Assembly: GCA_964623775.1 (NCBI GenBank)
Contig: CAZUVH010000004.1
Location: 12,280 to 76,279, forward strand
Direction: 5' to 3'
Source: an uncultured Candidatus Saccharibacteria bacterium
Lineage (GTDB): Bacteria > Patescibacteriota > Minisyncoccia > Phycocordibacterales > UBA2100
Length of the DNA: 64,000 nt
This document shows positions 46,297 to 55,694 of this stretch, in pieces (position 1 is the first letter of the stretch; every line of letters begins with the position of its first letter). The notes below the pieces were generated by a model. The model was not told where the DNA came from. It saw only the letters and a list, made by a program, of their open reading frames with translations, and ran no database searches. Made by a program: the position numbers and the translations under genes.

Positions 46297-46322
46297 AAAA
46301 GGACCCCTGCGGGTCCTTTTTT
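46297..46322. terminator. Bidirectional terminator (serves rplT on minus strand)
   Basis: AAAAGGACCCCTGCGGGTCCTTTTTT, nearly identical to the 46164 terminator. Confidence 0.6.
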
Positions 46323-46324
46323 GA

Positions 46325-46672
46325 TTATGCCTTGAGTTGTTTCGTCAGGCGCTCGAAGACCTCGGGGTGGTCTTTTGCGAGACCGGCGAGCGACTTGCGG
46401 TCGAGCGCGATCTGACCTTTCTTGAGGGCCCCAATGAACTTGGAGTAGGAGAGACCGAGCGGGCGTACGCCAGCGTTGATGCGGAGGCTCCAGAGATTGC
46501 GGTAATCGCGCTTCTTGGTGCGGCGGTGGCGGAACGCGTGGACGCCTGCGTGTTTGATGGCCACCTTTGCGATGCGTTCCTTGCTGCCGCGGTCGAAGCG
46601 GTAGCCTTTTACCTGCGCAAGAATGTTCTTGCGGTGCTTATTCTTCATTGTGCCTCGTTTGACGCGTGCCAT
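46325..46672 (-). CDS. rplT: 50S ribosomal protein L20
   Basis: MARVKRGTMKNKHRKNILAQVKGYRF, bL20. Confidence 0.92.
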   Translation of the reverse strand: MARVKRGTMKNKHRKNILAQVKGYRFDRGSKERIAKVAIKHAGVHAFRHRRTKKRDYRNLWSLRINAGVRPLGLSYSKFIGALKKGQIALDRKSLAGLAKDHPEVFERLTKQLKA

Positions 46673-46678
46673 ATCTAT

Positions 46679-46870
46679 TTATTGATTAGGAAAAAAACGG
46701 CTCTTATCGGAATTGCTCATTGTCGCGTGGAAATCAACAGAGCGGCTCTTGCGCTGCTTTTCACCACCGGAGCGCTTGGCGTTGAAGTGGTTGTGGCCGG
46801 GGACCCGAGCAATGATCTTGCCCTTTTTGGTCACGCGAAGGCGCTTTAGGAATGACTTGTTCGATTTCAT
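46679..46870 (-). CDS. rpmI: 50S ribosomal protein L35
   Basis: 63 aa. KSFLKRLRVTKKGKIIARVPGHNHFNAKRS, bL35. Confidence 0.85.
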   Translation of the reverse strand: MKSNKSFLKRLRVTKKGKIIARVPGHNHFNAKRSGGEKQRKSRSVDFHATMSNSDKSRFFPNQ

Positions 46871-46871
46871 A

Positions 46872-47501
46872 TTAAACTTCAGTTTCAGGAGAAGGGGACT
46901 GTTTTACCTCGGTTTTTGGCCCTGTTTTTGGCTGAGCTTTCTTGCCGGAAGAGTCCCTTTCTATCGCGACCGAGAGGCCTTTGGGGCTCTTCTTGATCTC
47001 GTCGGCTATCTTATACGATTCTGGGATAATCGCAAGGAAGCGCTCCAGGCGTTCCTTGAGGAATTCGAACTCCATATATTTGTACCTACCCCACAGAAAG
47101 AGGTCGATTTTGACCCGGTGACCCTCCTGAAGCCATTCGGCGATCTTCTTGGCCTTGATACCCATGTCGTTCTCGGAGGTGCCGATTTTGACCTGGGCCT
47201 CCTTTGTCTCGTGTACAACGACCTTTGCCTTCATTTCCTTATCTTTTTTCTTGAGCTCGTACTTAAATTTGCCGTAGTCGGTGATCCTGCACACAGGTGG
47301 ATTGGCGTTGGGGGAGACCTCGATCAGGTCGAGGCCAGCCTCCTGGGCTCTCTGGAGGGCTTCCTTGATTGGGAGTACCCCGTAATTCTCTGCATTGGGG
47401 CCAATGACGCGGACCTCAGGTACGCGGATGCCCTCGTTCATGCGGACGCGCTCTTTTTCCGCTTGCGATGTGTACTTAGTAAATCCCATTGGTCGCGACA
47501 C
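46872..47501 (-). CDS. infC: Translation initiation factor IF-3
   Basis: IRVPEVRVIGPNAENYGVLPIKEALQRAQEAGLDLIEVSPNANPPVCRITDYGKFKYE. The true start may be a non-ATG codon, so the N-terminus is uncertain. Confidence 0.85.
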   Translation of the reverse strand: MSRPMGFTKYTSQAEKERVRMNEGIRVPEVRVIGPNAENYGVLPIKEALQRAQEAGLDLIEVSPNANPPVCRITDYGKFKYELKKKDKEMKAKVVVHETKEAQVKIGTSENDMGIKAKKIAEWLQEGHRVKIDLFLWGRYKYMEFEFLKERLERFLAIIPESYKIADEIKKSPKGLSVAIERDSSGKKAQPKTGPKTEVKQSPSPETEV

Positions 47502-47525
47502 TATACCACAAGAGCGGCTTCTAAT

Positions 47526-49178
47526 CTACGATCTCATCTGGGCTCGGCCGCCAAACGGCGTGAGCCACGCCGAGAGTGTGAGGAGCGCTCCTTTGAGGCG
47601 GGTGAGGACTTGTTGGAATGGCGACTTGGGATCGGTGGAGTAGGTGAGGTCACCCGTACTATTGGGCGATCCAAATGTCTGTGGGAATTCCGGCGGCAGT
47701 ACGGTCGGCAATATGTATCCGGATTTTCCGGAGTTTGAATACTGCGTGCCACTTTGCGTGACCTGAATGTTTTGTTGCTGTTGGAGATTTGTGTTGAGAT
47801 TTGCCGGTGCAGATGTGCCTGTCGTCGGTTTTGTGCCGCCTGATCCATTGGGCGCGAGAGAACTCGCGAGGCTGTTGATGAAATCTATGTCGGAAGTGCC
47901 GTGCGCACCACTCTGGCCGCTCGAGGTCGCGGAGAAATCACTCGGGTTGACCTGCGGTTGGCCGGAGGAGTTTGTATTCGTATTTGTGTTGGGCAGATTG
48001 GAATTGAGTTGGTACGAATTTGAATTGGTCGAGCCGGTGGTCTGGCTCTGCGTCTGACTCGGAGTGATTGGCTGTCCAGTGATATCTGAGATTGCCTGAC
48101 CGGCAGAGTTGTAGTGGTACGGCTGACCATTGGCGTCGTAGTAGGTTTGTGCACCTGTCTGATTTTGTGTTGTCTGCTGTGTTGGTTGCGGCTGCAGAGG
48201 CTGGGCAGTCGGCTGCATACCGAGCATGCCTCGGAGTCCGTTCAGGAGGCCGGAGAGCGGGCTTTGATTCGAGGCCCCGGGTGCGTAGTACTGCGGATAA
48301 TCAAAGTAGTTCGAGGGAAGCGGCGTGTTCCCGCTGTAGCCTGCAGCCGTACCGCCCGCACTGCAGTTGCCTGTTGTTGGCACAAAGTGGTACGCATCCT
48401 TGCAGCCGAGGTAAAACTTTAGGCCGTATTGTGGCGCAAGATTGAAAAGTCGCTGATATGGAGCGCAGCCCTGTTGACCCACGACGTTGACGTCGATTGC
48501 AATGCCGCGCGGGTGTTCGCAGCGGGCCCCGTACTTACAAGCGACGATTGGTCGACGCGCGTACTCCTCCTGTTTTTCGACGGAGCGTTTCCCTTCTTTG
48601 ACGCACACTTGACCGCCTTGCATCGCGGTTTTCAAGAAAGCGGCGGCACAGACCGCGAGTTTTGCGTCGAGTCCCTGTATTGTTCCGTCGGGGCCCATGC
48701 CGCCATAATTATCGCTGTCGGGTTTGCACAAAATACTACGGAGGTATTGCTTTGCTTCAGCGTCGTCCTTTCCGACATTTTGATCCGTCGGGTTCCAGCA
48801 CATCCCGGCTTGTGCGTTGGATATGCCCGCAGCTTTCATAAGCGGTACGTCAGCGGCCGTAGCCGGATGAGATCCAGGAACCAAACTGCAATCCTGCACT
48901 CCCGACTGAAGAGTTGGTGTAGGAGCCGATGGTGTGGGTGGAGCTTGCAGGGCGGTGCTGCTGCAATACATTTGCGTGCCATTCAGTATGGTTTGTTTGA
49001 ACGAAGAGATATCCGCACCCCCTTTGCGCAATGGTTCGATATCTGCAGCCGACATGCAGAACTCGGCGTGCGCCGTCGGTATATTTGCGAGAAAAAAGAA
49101 TCCGAGCGCAAGAATAAAAGAGGGGAGCACTGACCGACGAAGCATGCCGGTAATTATATCCCGCGCGAGCTGAGACAC
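47526..49178 (-). CDS. Secreted protein with VanY/M15-like D,D-peptidase motif and long Q/T/N/S-rich low-complexity C-terminal region
   Basis: Signal peptide. CEHPRGIAIDVNV fits the H..G.A.D zinc-peptidase motif. The last ~250 aa are low complexity. Confidence 0.45.
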   Translation of the reverse strand: MSQLARDIITGMLRRSVLPSFILALGFFFLANIPTAHAEFCMSAADIEPLRKGGADISSFKQTILNGTQMYCSSTALQAPPTPSAPTPTLQSGVQDCSLVPGSHPATAADVPLMKAAGISNAQAGMCWNPTDQNVGKDDAEAKQYLRSILCKPDSDNYGGMGPDGTIQGLDAKLAVCAAAFLKTAMQGGQVCVKEGKRSVEKQEEYARRPIVACKYGARCEHPRGIAIDVNVVGQQGCAPYQRLFNLAPQYGLKFYLGCKDAYHFVPTTGNCSAGGTAAGYSGNTPLPSNYFDYPQYYAPGASNQSPLSGLLNGLRGMLGMQPTAQPLQPQPTQQTTQNQTGAQTYYDANGQPYHYNSAGQAISDITGQPITPSQTQSQTTGSTNSNSYQLNSNLPNTNTNTNSSGQPQVNPSDFSATSSGQSGAHGTSDIDFINSLASSLAPNGSGGTKPTTGTSAPANLNTNLQQQQNIQVTQSGTQYSNSGKSGYILPTVLPPEFPQTFGSPNSTGDLTYSTDPKSPFQQVLTRLKGALLTLSAWLTPFGGRAQMRS

Positions 49179-49280
49179 TCCACCATTTGTACACAGAGGA
49201 TCAAAAAAGATCGTTCAGGTGATCTTTTTGGTTCTATACTTGTTACATTACCTATTAGTTAGTTATTTTATTGTCATTCT

Positions 49281-49700
49281 ATGAAAAGACAGTGGCTTCA
49301 TGATTTGGCGAAGATCGGTGCGGGACTCGTCGCCGCGGACTTTGTCGCTCTCTGGTGGCTCTCGACGCTACCTTCATTACCAAGAGCATTCCTCGGTCTC
49401 GGACTCTCAAGCGAGATGATTATTCCGGCGATGGTAGTGGATATCTTCGTCTTTATCATGCTGGTGCACTACGGTTGGCACATCGGCACCATCCCTCACA
49501 TGAAGGAGCGCATGTACCTCGTGCTCTCCGGCGCCATCTTCACTGTCGTCACGCTCGCGCACCTCTCTCGTGTGATCTTCTCCGGTGATCTTGGAATCTT
49601 CGGATGGGAAGTGCCAATCTTCCTCTCGTGGATCGGTGTCGCAGTCGCGGCATACCTCGCATACTCGAGCTTCTATTTCGCCGCTCGCGTGCGACGATAA
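49281..49700 (+). CDS. Hypothetical membrane protein (4 TM)
   Basis: 139-aa ORF, hydrophobic, followed by a terminator. Confidence 0.45.
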   Translation: MKRQWLHDLAKIGAGLVAADFVALWWLSTLPSLPRAFLGLGLSSEMIIPAMVVDIFVFIMLVHYGWHIGTIPHMKERMYLVLSGAIFTVVTLAHLSRVIFSGDLGIFGWEVPIFLSWIGVAVAAYLAYSSFYFAARVRR

Positions 49701-49717
49701 AAATTCACTTCTAAGCA

Positions 49718-49746
49718 CAAAAGCCGCCCTCTTCGGGGCGGCTTTT
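49718..49746 (+). terminator. Rho-independent terminator
   Basis: AAAAGCCGCCCTCTTCGGGGCGGCTTTT. Confidence 0.65.
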
Positions 49747-49774
49747 GCATTGAGGGGATATCCACAACCCTTTT

Positions 49775-49805
49775 GTTGACAGGTGAACTATAGTTCACCT
49801 ATACT
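49775..49805 (+). promoter_or_regulatory. lexA promoter with embedded LexA (Cheo-type) operator GTGAAC-TATA-GTTCAC
   Basis: TTGACA (49775-80), then a 16-bp perfect palindrome GTGAACTATAGTTCAC (49783-98, i.e. GAAC-N4-GTTC), then TATACT (49800-05). The lexA ATG is 7 nt downstream, suggesting a leaderless transcript. Confidence 0.6.
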
Positions 49806-49812
49806 GTCTGTA

Positions 49813-50394
49813 ATGTATGAAGACTATAAAAACAGGGTGGTGGCATTTTATGAGAAGCATCGGCGCATGCCGGGCTACGCGGAGATCATGGCCTTCACGG
49901 GTTTTAGATCCAAGAACGCTGTGTTCAAACTTATCAGTAAACTTGTCGAGGAGGGAGTCGTCCGAAAGGACGCGCGAGGAAAATTATCTCCAGGAGGAAC
50001 GTGGGCAGCTTTATTCGATAGGGGAGCTCGGCTTCTCGGTCTGGTCGAGGCGGGATTTCCGTCGGCCGCTGAGGAGGAGCTTCTCGATGTCATAGATTTC
50101 GATGAATTTCTCACGCCCAATAAAGAGTCCTCCTATATATTGAAGGTAAAGGGCGACTCGATGATCGATGCGGGTATCCGCGAGGGCGACATGGTGATCG
50201 TCGAGCGCAAATCATCGTACAAGGTGGGGCAGATTGTGATCGCAAGCGTGGACAACGAATACACGATGAAGTATCTACGCAAGACGGGCGATCGCTATTG
50301 GCTCGAGCCGGCCAACAAAAACTACAAACCCATTTATCCGCGCGAAGAATTCCATGTGGAAGCGGTGGTCACGGCGGTGGTACGTAAATATTAG
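49813..50394 (+). CDS. lexA: LexA repressor (S24 peptidase)
   Basis: Track ORF 49783 is N-extended into the promoter; ATG at 49813. N-terminal wHTH. C-terminal VKGDSMIDAGIREGDMVIV has the Ser/Lys dyad context. Confidence 0.85.
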   Translation: MYEDYKNRVVAFYEKHRRMPGYAEIMAFTGFRSKNAVFKLISKLVEEGVVRKDARGKLSPGGTWAALFDRGARLLGLVEAGFPSAAEEELLDVIDFDEFLTPNKESSYILKVKGDSMIDAGIREGDMVIVERKSSYKVGQIVIASVDNEYTMKYLRKTGDRYWLEPANKNYKPIYPREEFHVEAVVTAVVRKY

Positions 50395-50424
50395 TATGCC
50401 CCGTAGTGAAATTTCAATTAGATT

Positions 50425-50694
50425 ATGTTCTACACATACGTACTAAAGAGTGTAAAAGGTGACAATCTTTACGTTGGTTACACACGTGATCTAAAGAGGC
50501 GTCTATTAGAACATAATCAAGGATTAAATCTTTCGACCAAGCCATACCGACCCTGGAAAGTTATTTACTACGAAGCGTGTTTGAACGAAGTGGATGCAAA
50601 ACGACGTGAGGGATATTTGAAGAAGACTCAGGGCGGCCGTTTACTCAAGTTGCGACTGAAGGAGTATTTTTATCAAGAAGGTCGAAAGATTTAA
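50425..50694 (+). CDS. GIY-YIG domain protein (small stand-alone nuclease-like)
   Basis: MFYTYVLKSVKGDNLYVGYTRDLKRRLLEHN is the canonical GIY-YIG. The local GC is much lower than the surrounding sequence. Confidence 0.7.
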   Translation: MFYTYVLKSVKGDNLYVGYTRDLKRRLLEHNQGLNLSTKPYRPWKVIYYEACLNEVDAKRREGYLKKTQGGRLLKLRLKEYFYQEGRKI

Positions 50695-50841
50695 ATTGAA
50701 ATTCTACTACAGGGTATGATGAAAAAAATCGATACATGGCTGGATATACAAAAATATCTTCGCGAGTCTGAGGAATTTGCGCGTGAAGAAATGAAGGTGG
50801 CTGAAGAAGAATCCGTTTTGATGCGGAGCTGATATGCGGGT

Positions 50842-52284
50842 ATGACCTGGGGTGAGGAGCGAATACTTGGAGCTCCGCAAGGCCGGAGCGCGACGGCGCG
50901 AGGCGGGGTCGCGGGCGATTTCAGTAGAAATCGACCCGTGACAGGCCTGTCATTTCCGCGCGCCATCGTACATATCGATGGCGATTCTTTTTTTGCGGCG
51001 TGCGAAGTCGCCAAAAATCCCTCGCTTCGTGGCAAGCCCGTCATCACCGGCAAGGAGCGGGGGATCGTCTCGGCATGTACGTATGAGGCAAAGGCGCGCG
51101 GCGTGAAGCGAGGAGTGTCGCTCAGCGATGCGATGAAATTGTGCCCCGATGCGATCGTCTTGCCGTCCGACTACGAGACGTACTCGCTTTTTTCCGAGCG
51201 CATGTACGAGATCGTGCGACGCTACACTCCCGATGTGGAAGAATACTCGATCGATGAGTGTTTTGCCGATCTCACAGGAATGCGGAGGGTCAACAAAATG
51301 AATTACCGCGATATGGCACACGCGATCAAAGAAGAGTTGTATACGGAGCTCGGCATCACTTTTTCGATCGGGCTCTCGGCGACGAAAGTCCTGGCAAAAG
51401 TAGGGTCCAAGTGGAAAAAGCCCAACGGTCTCACGGTGATCCCGCTCAAAGACGCGAAGAAATTCCTGTCGGCGCTCCCGGTCGGAAATGTATGGGGTAT
51501 CGGACCCAATACCGCCGCGTATCTCAACAAATTCAAGATCATGACGGCGCAGGATTTTGCATCGCGTAGTGAGGCGTGGGTGCGCACAAATCTCTCGAAG
51601 CCTTTTTACGAAATATGGCAGGAGCTCAATGGGGAAGTGGCGTACGAGCTCACGACCGAGAAGAAGACAAGCTATCAATCGATCAGCAAGACCAAGACCT
51701 TCACGCCGCCCTCGCGCGATGGGCGATTTATTTTCTCGCAGCTCTCCAAGAATATTGAGAATGCGTGCATCAAGGCGAGGAGGTGGAATCTCGCGACTCC
51801 CGAGATATTCTTTTTCCTCAAGACGCAGGATTTTAGATACCATGGGTGTGAAGTAAAGCTGCCACATCCGACGAGCGTGCCCCAGGACATCCTGCGAGAG
51901 GTAAAGAAATTCTTCCCGAGCGTCTTTTCCGCCCAAGGCGGATCCGCCTCGGGCGGACAGAGGGGAATTTTGTACCGTGCCACTGGCGTTACTCTTATGA
52001 AGCTTGGACCCGCCGATTCCGTACAGCTCGATCTTTTCGGTAAGGTGAAGGAATCCGAAGGCCTGAAACTCGTCTTTGAGAGCGTCGACGAGATCTCTCT
52101 GCGCTACGGCAAGCATGCGGTCTTCCTGGGCTCGAGCTTTACCGCCATGACCCCGAAGAACAGCAAGCTGTCTACGGGGCAAGAATTTGGGCGCAACGAG
52201 AAACCGGCTCGGCATCGGGAACTCTTCAAGGGTGAGACCGCCCGCCGCAGACTCGCTATCCCAAGCCTGGGAGAAGTGAGTTGA
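50842..52284 (+). CDS. dinB: DNA polymerase IV (Y-family translesion polymerase)
   Basis: IVHIDGDSFFAACEV, SIDECFADLTG and the little-finger domain. The true start may be an internal GTG near 50937. Confidence 0.85.
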   Translation: MTWGEERILGAPQGRSATARGGVAGDFSRNRPVTGLSFPRAIVHIDGDSFFAACEVAKNPSLRGKPVITGKERGIVSACTYEAKARGVKRGVSLSDAMKLCPDAIVLPSDYETYSLFSERMYEIVRRYTPDVEEYSIDECFADLTGMRRVNKMNYRDMAHAIKEELYTELGITFSIGLSATKVLAKVGSKWKKPNGLTVIPLKDAKKFLSALPVGNVWGIGPNTAAYLNKFKIMTAQDFASRSEAWVRTNLSKPFYEIWQELNGEVAYELTTEKKTSYQSISKTKTFTPPSRDGRFIFSQLSKNIENACIKARRWNLATPEIFFFLKTQDFRYHGCEVKLPHPTSVPQDILREVKKFFPSVFSAQGGSASGGQRGILYRATGVTLMKLGPADSVQLDLFGKVKESEGLKLVFESVDEISLRYGKHAVFLGSSFTAMTPKNSKLSTGQEFGRNEKPARHRELFKGETARRRLAIPSLGEVS

Positions 52285-52305
52285 TTCCAGATGTATAATT
52301 CCACT

Positions 52306-52962
52306 ATGAAACAATACATACTCTGGCTCGTCGCCCTCCTTGTACTGGTCGGCGTGTCGTATGCACTTACGAGCGGCGTTCCTCAAAAAAGAGAAGCGCC
52401 TACAAATCCGCTCTTGCAGACCGCCGAAATTACCGAAGCGGGCTCGAATTACGATATCGTCGCGAAGTACCCGACATTTGGCGTCGCCGCTTTTGACGCG
52501 CGGATCAAGCAGGCTGTCGATGAGGCAGTCATGGAGATAAAGAACGCTCCGGCACCAGACCCCGCCACATACAAGAACGCGCTTGATATCAGATTTATGC
52601 AGCCGTATATCGGCCCGGATATTTTGAGCGTGAAGCTCGCGATCACGCAGTACACCGGTGGCGCGCATCCGATGACGATCATCTCGGGACTCAATTATGA
52701 TCGTAAGACCGGCAAGATCCTCATGCTCAACGATGTCTTGCCGATGATCGGACTCACTGTCGCGCAGGTGTCCGAGCAGGCGATGGCGCAGCTCAAGGCG
52801 AAGCTCGAAGGATCGATCTTTCCCGAAGGAGTAGACACGAATCCTGAGAATTATAGCTCGTTTGTTGTCTCTGCAGACAAGGTGACCTTTATTTTCCAGC
52901 CGTACCAGGTCGCGGCGTATGCTGCCGGCCCGCAGGAGGTCTCGTTCTCGCGCATAAAGTAG
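52306..52962 (+). CDS. DUF3298/DUF4163-like exported protein (RsiV/PdaC C-terminal-domain family)
   Basis: N-terminal anchor. YTGGAHPM and LNYDRKTGKIL are characteristic of DUF3298. Confidence 0.5.
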   Translation: MKQYILWLVALLVLVGVSYALTSGVPQKREAPTNPLLQTAEITEAGSNYDIVAKYPTFGVAAFDARIKQAVDEAVMEIKNAPAPDPATYKNALDIRFMQPYIGPDILSVKLAITQYTGGAHPMTIISGLNYDRKTGKILMLNDVLPMIGLTVAQVSEQAMAQLKAKLEGSIFPEGVDTNPENYSSFVVSADKVTFIFQPYQVAAYAAGPQEVSFSRIK

Positions 52963-53002
52963 CGCTCATCAGATTTTCCGCTGCGTCAGGTACAATCGAA
53001 AG

Positions 53003-54247
53003 ATGATTCGGAGACATTGGGTCGCTGTGCTGCTCATTGTGGCCGCACTCGCAGTGGGCGGATACAACGCGTACCGGTACATCAAATTCAATCCGCCGGA
53101 TTGGCTCATCGCACTCGTGACGCACAGAGCAGGTGCGCCCGCACCACTCCCGACCGGTGATGTGGCACCTCTCGTGGTGCCGGAAGGATTTGCCGCAACG
53201 ATTTTTGCACGTGATATCAAGGGCGCGCGCGTGATGACGCGCGATCCGAAAGGCACGATACTCGTATCGCAAACGAGCGAGGGTGCGGTGGTGGCGCTTC
53301 CGAATTTTGATACTGACGGCAAGGCGGACAGAGTCGTTACCGTCCTCGACAATTTGAAACAGCCGCACGGCATCGTGATCGTGTGCCCTGAAACCGGTTT
53401 TGAAAGCGCGCGCCAGGATGCATGCCTGCTCTACGTGGCCGAGACGCATTCGGTAAAAGAGTATGCCTACGACGCCGACACATTTACCGCAAAAATCCAA
53501 AAAGAAATCGCATCGCTTCCATCTGGCGACGGTCATTACACGCGCACGCTCATGCTGCATCCTGATGGCAAGCGTCTCCTCGTATCGATCGGATCGTCGT
53601 GCAACGTGTGCGAGGAGAATGATCCGCGTCGCGCGAGTATCCAGCAGATCGATCTCACGACGGGTGTGATGACGCCGTTTGCCACAGGCCTTCGCAACAC
53701 CGTTTTTATGACGACGCACTACGTGACGGGTGATATATGGGGCACCGATATGGGGCGCGATCTTCTTGGTGACGACGTCCCGCCCGAGGAGGTCAATATT
53801 ATTCGGGAAGGGAAGGATTATGGGTGGCCGATCTGCTATGGCAACAACATTCACGACACGGATTTTGATTCGCGGCAGTACATCCGCAATCCATGTACTG
53901 ACAAAATGCCGCCGCAGATAGAAATGCAGGCGCATTCTGCGCCGCTCGGCATCGTTTTCGTGCCTGAAGAAGGATGGCCGGAGGAATGGTGGTACGATGC
54001 GCTCATCGCGTATCACGGCTCGTGGAACCGCTCTTTGCCCACGGGCTACAAGGTGGTGCGTTATCCGCTCGATGCAAAGGGCAAGGTAGAAGGCGGGCCG
54101 CATGATTTCATCACCGGATTCGCGCAAGCGGGAGAAGACTATCGTGACGCGATCGGCCGACCCGTCGACATCATGATCGAGCCAGGCGGCACAATCTACA
54201 TATCTGACGACAGGGCAGGGGCGGTATATCGAATCGCTCGCAAATAA
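53003..54247 (+). CDS. PQQ-dependent sugar (glucose/sorbosone) dehydrogenase-like beta-propeller protein
   Basis: Anchored N-terminus. PHGIVI, GDIWGTDMG, GWPICYG and YHGSWNRS are typical of soluble GSDH-family proteins. Confidence 0.65.
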   Translation: MIRRHWVAVLLIVAALAVGGYNAYRYIKFNPPDWLIALVTHRAGAPAPLPTGDVAPLVVPEGFAATIFARDIKGARVMTRDPKGTILVSQTSEGAVVALPNFDTDGKADRVVTVLDNLKQPHGIVIVCPETGFESARQDACLLYVAETHSVKEYAYDADTFTAKIQKEIASLPSGDGHYTRTLMLHPDGKRLLVSIGSSCNVCEENDPRRASIQQIDLTTGVMTPFATGLRNTVFMTTHYVTGDIWGTDMGRDLLGDDVPPEEVNIIREGKDYGWPICYGNNIHDTDFDSRQYIRNPCTDKMPPQIEMQAHSAPLGIVFVPEEGWPEEWWYDALIAYHGSWNRSLPTGYKVVRYPLDAKGKVEGGPHDFITGFAQAGEDYRDAIGRPVDIMIEPGGTIYISDDRAGAVYRIARK

Positions 54248-54249
54248 AA

Positions 54250-54278
54250 GAGCCCGGACATTGTCCGGGCCTTGAGGT
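54250..54278. terminator. Terminator hairpin (mainly for the minus-strand gene)
   Basis: GCCCGGACATTGTCCGGGC with a T-run on the minus strand. Confidence 0.5.
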
Positions 54279-54280
54279 GG

Positions 54281-54568
54281 TCACTTTTTCCGAAGACGGT
54301 CGGTGAATCGTCCGAGAACGCACAGGAGCGCGTAGACGGCGATGACCGCGATGACGAACATCGGTACCGAAAGTAAGGGGCTGCCCCCCACGGATACCGC
54401 GAGTTTGGTAAGAACATATGCGATCCCGAGCGTAGCCGCTCCGAGGCCGATCATGAATGGCACCATGAAGATGCCTAAGAGTATGAGACGTGGATCTGTG
54501 CGCACTCGCCCGCCAACTATTGGAGGCTCTTTGAGATGCGAAACTGCCCCGGTAAAGGACCGTAACAT
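54281..54568 (-). CDS. Small membrane protein (2 TM)
   Basis: 95-aa ORF, hydrophobic, with a terminator downstream. Confidence 0.4.
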   Translation of the reverse strand: MLRSFTGAVSHLKEPPIVGGRVRTDPRLILLGIFMVPFMIGLGAATLGIAYVLTKLAVSVGGSPLLSVPMFVIAVIAVYALLCVLGRFTDRLRKK

Positions 54569-54647
54569 GAGATTCTCCTCTGGTTTACCTGTCTACAGGG
54601 TAGCACAAGAGGGAATTCTACGCAGCTGAACACTGTATACTGCTCCC

Positions 54648-54926
54648 ATGAGCGATAAGAACCTGCCTGATTACAAAAACGAGCCGTCGGAATTTGGTTC
54701 GCGGAAGGTCGTGTTTCCGCGACCGATTCAGCTCCAGATGGACATGATCAAACGCAAAATAATGCAGGCGCACACGCTCGTCGCACTGAAGCAGCTCACC
54801 GATGATATACAGCACTCCATCATTGCATCGAAACCGGCTGCCAAGACCGAAATGCGTCAGATCATCGAGCGACGGGCCCGCGAACTCGGATATAAATCCG
54901 CACACAATCAGCAGTTTTGGGGATAG
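54648..54926 (+). CDS. Hypothetical protein (92 aa)
   Basis: ORF only. Confidence 0.3.
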   Translation: MSDKNLPDYKNEPSEFGSRKVVFPRPIQLQMDMIKRKIMQAHTLVALKQLTDDIQHSIIASKPAAKTEMRQIIERRARELGYKSAHNQQFWG

Positions 54927-54997
54927 CAGCACACTTTGACAGGCAAGACCTGGTAGTGCACTCTTGCATCAGATCATTTTGAATGTGGAGACTAAAA

Positions 54998-55465
54998 ATG
55001 TGCCGAAGAACACTCGCAAGAGTCGTCAGCGCACTCTTCTTCGCCTGCGCCTTTTTCTCTGTCGCGGGATACACCGCTCGTGCAGAGCCGATATGCAACC
55101 CGTCGGAGAGGGAAGGGCCGGACAAGAAGAAGAACTGGTACAAGCGTGCGCAGTCGATCGCCGGGAGTTGTTGTTGCGGCGATTACGACGGCATCCGCGA
55201 GGGTTCGACGAATCCACCCTACGGAACGTTTGTCGAGTGGGATATCAAAGATGGTCATTATCGCGTATTTATGGCGCCGCCGTACCCGAGCAGTGACGAA
55301 AAACCGCAGTGGTATGTCGTCCCCGATGATGCCATCGTCAAGCAGCAAGATCACAGTGTGGCCACGCCCCCTCCTTTTGCGGAGGTGTGGACGGGCAAAT
55401 GGTCTAAGGTGGATGGGAAACGCACACCGTACTTCAGGTGCTTGCACCCGGGAGCCGGGACGTGA
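54998..55465 (+). CDS. Secreted hypothetical protein (signal peptide; CCCGDYDG motif)
   Basis: Track ORF 54983; ATG at 54998. A strong terminator follows. Confidence 0.45.
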   Translation: MCRRTLARVVSALFFACAFFSVAGYTARAEPICNPSEREGPDKKKNWYKRAQSIAGSCCCGDYDGIREGSTNPPYGTFVEWDIKDGHYRVFMAPPYPSSDEKPQWYVVPDDAIVKQQDHSVATPPPFAEVWTGKWSKVDGKRTPYFRCLHPGAGT

Positions 55466-55480
55466 CGCCGTCAAAAACGA

Positions 55481-55519
55481 ATCGCTCAATGGACGAATGT
55501 CCGTTGAGCGATTTTTTTA
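55481..55519 (+). terminator. Rho-independent terminator (14-bp stem + T7)
   Basis: ATCGCTCAATGGAC-gaat-GTCCGTTGAGCGAT followed by TTTTTTT. Confidence 0.7.
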
Positions 55520-55645
55520 CGGGAGCGGGGATCGGGTCAAGCGCTCGAAAAGTTTTCGTCAAAACTTTTCTCCGCCTGACCACGGTTTTGCGACCCACGC
55601 TGCTGCGTGGGACCCCCGCAAAACCCGTTCGATTCCCCGACACTC

Positions 55646-55690
55646 CAAAAACAGCACGCCGCCAGAGACATGCTCTGGCGGCGGCTGATT
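55646..55690 (-). terminator. Rho-independent terminator downstream of ssrA
   Basis: On the minus strand: CAGCCGCCGCCAGAG-catgt-CTCTGGCGGCGTGCTG followed by TTTTTGG. Confidence 0.6.
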
Positions 55691-55694
55691 TTAG

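Noticed and set aside
47526-48300. Possible independent gene in the Q/T/N/S-rich 3' half of 47526..49178
   Set aside because: It is a continuous frame with the M15-like N-terminal domain and a single stop at 47526. Low-complexity tails are common in secreted CPR/Gram-positive proteins.
50716-50832. 38-aa AT-rich small ORF (MMKKIDTWLDIQKYLRESEEFAREEMKVAEEESVLMRS) between GIY-YIG and dinB
   Set aside because: Too short, with no RBS or conservation evidence. It may be real, but I cannot support it beyond the open frame.
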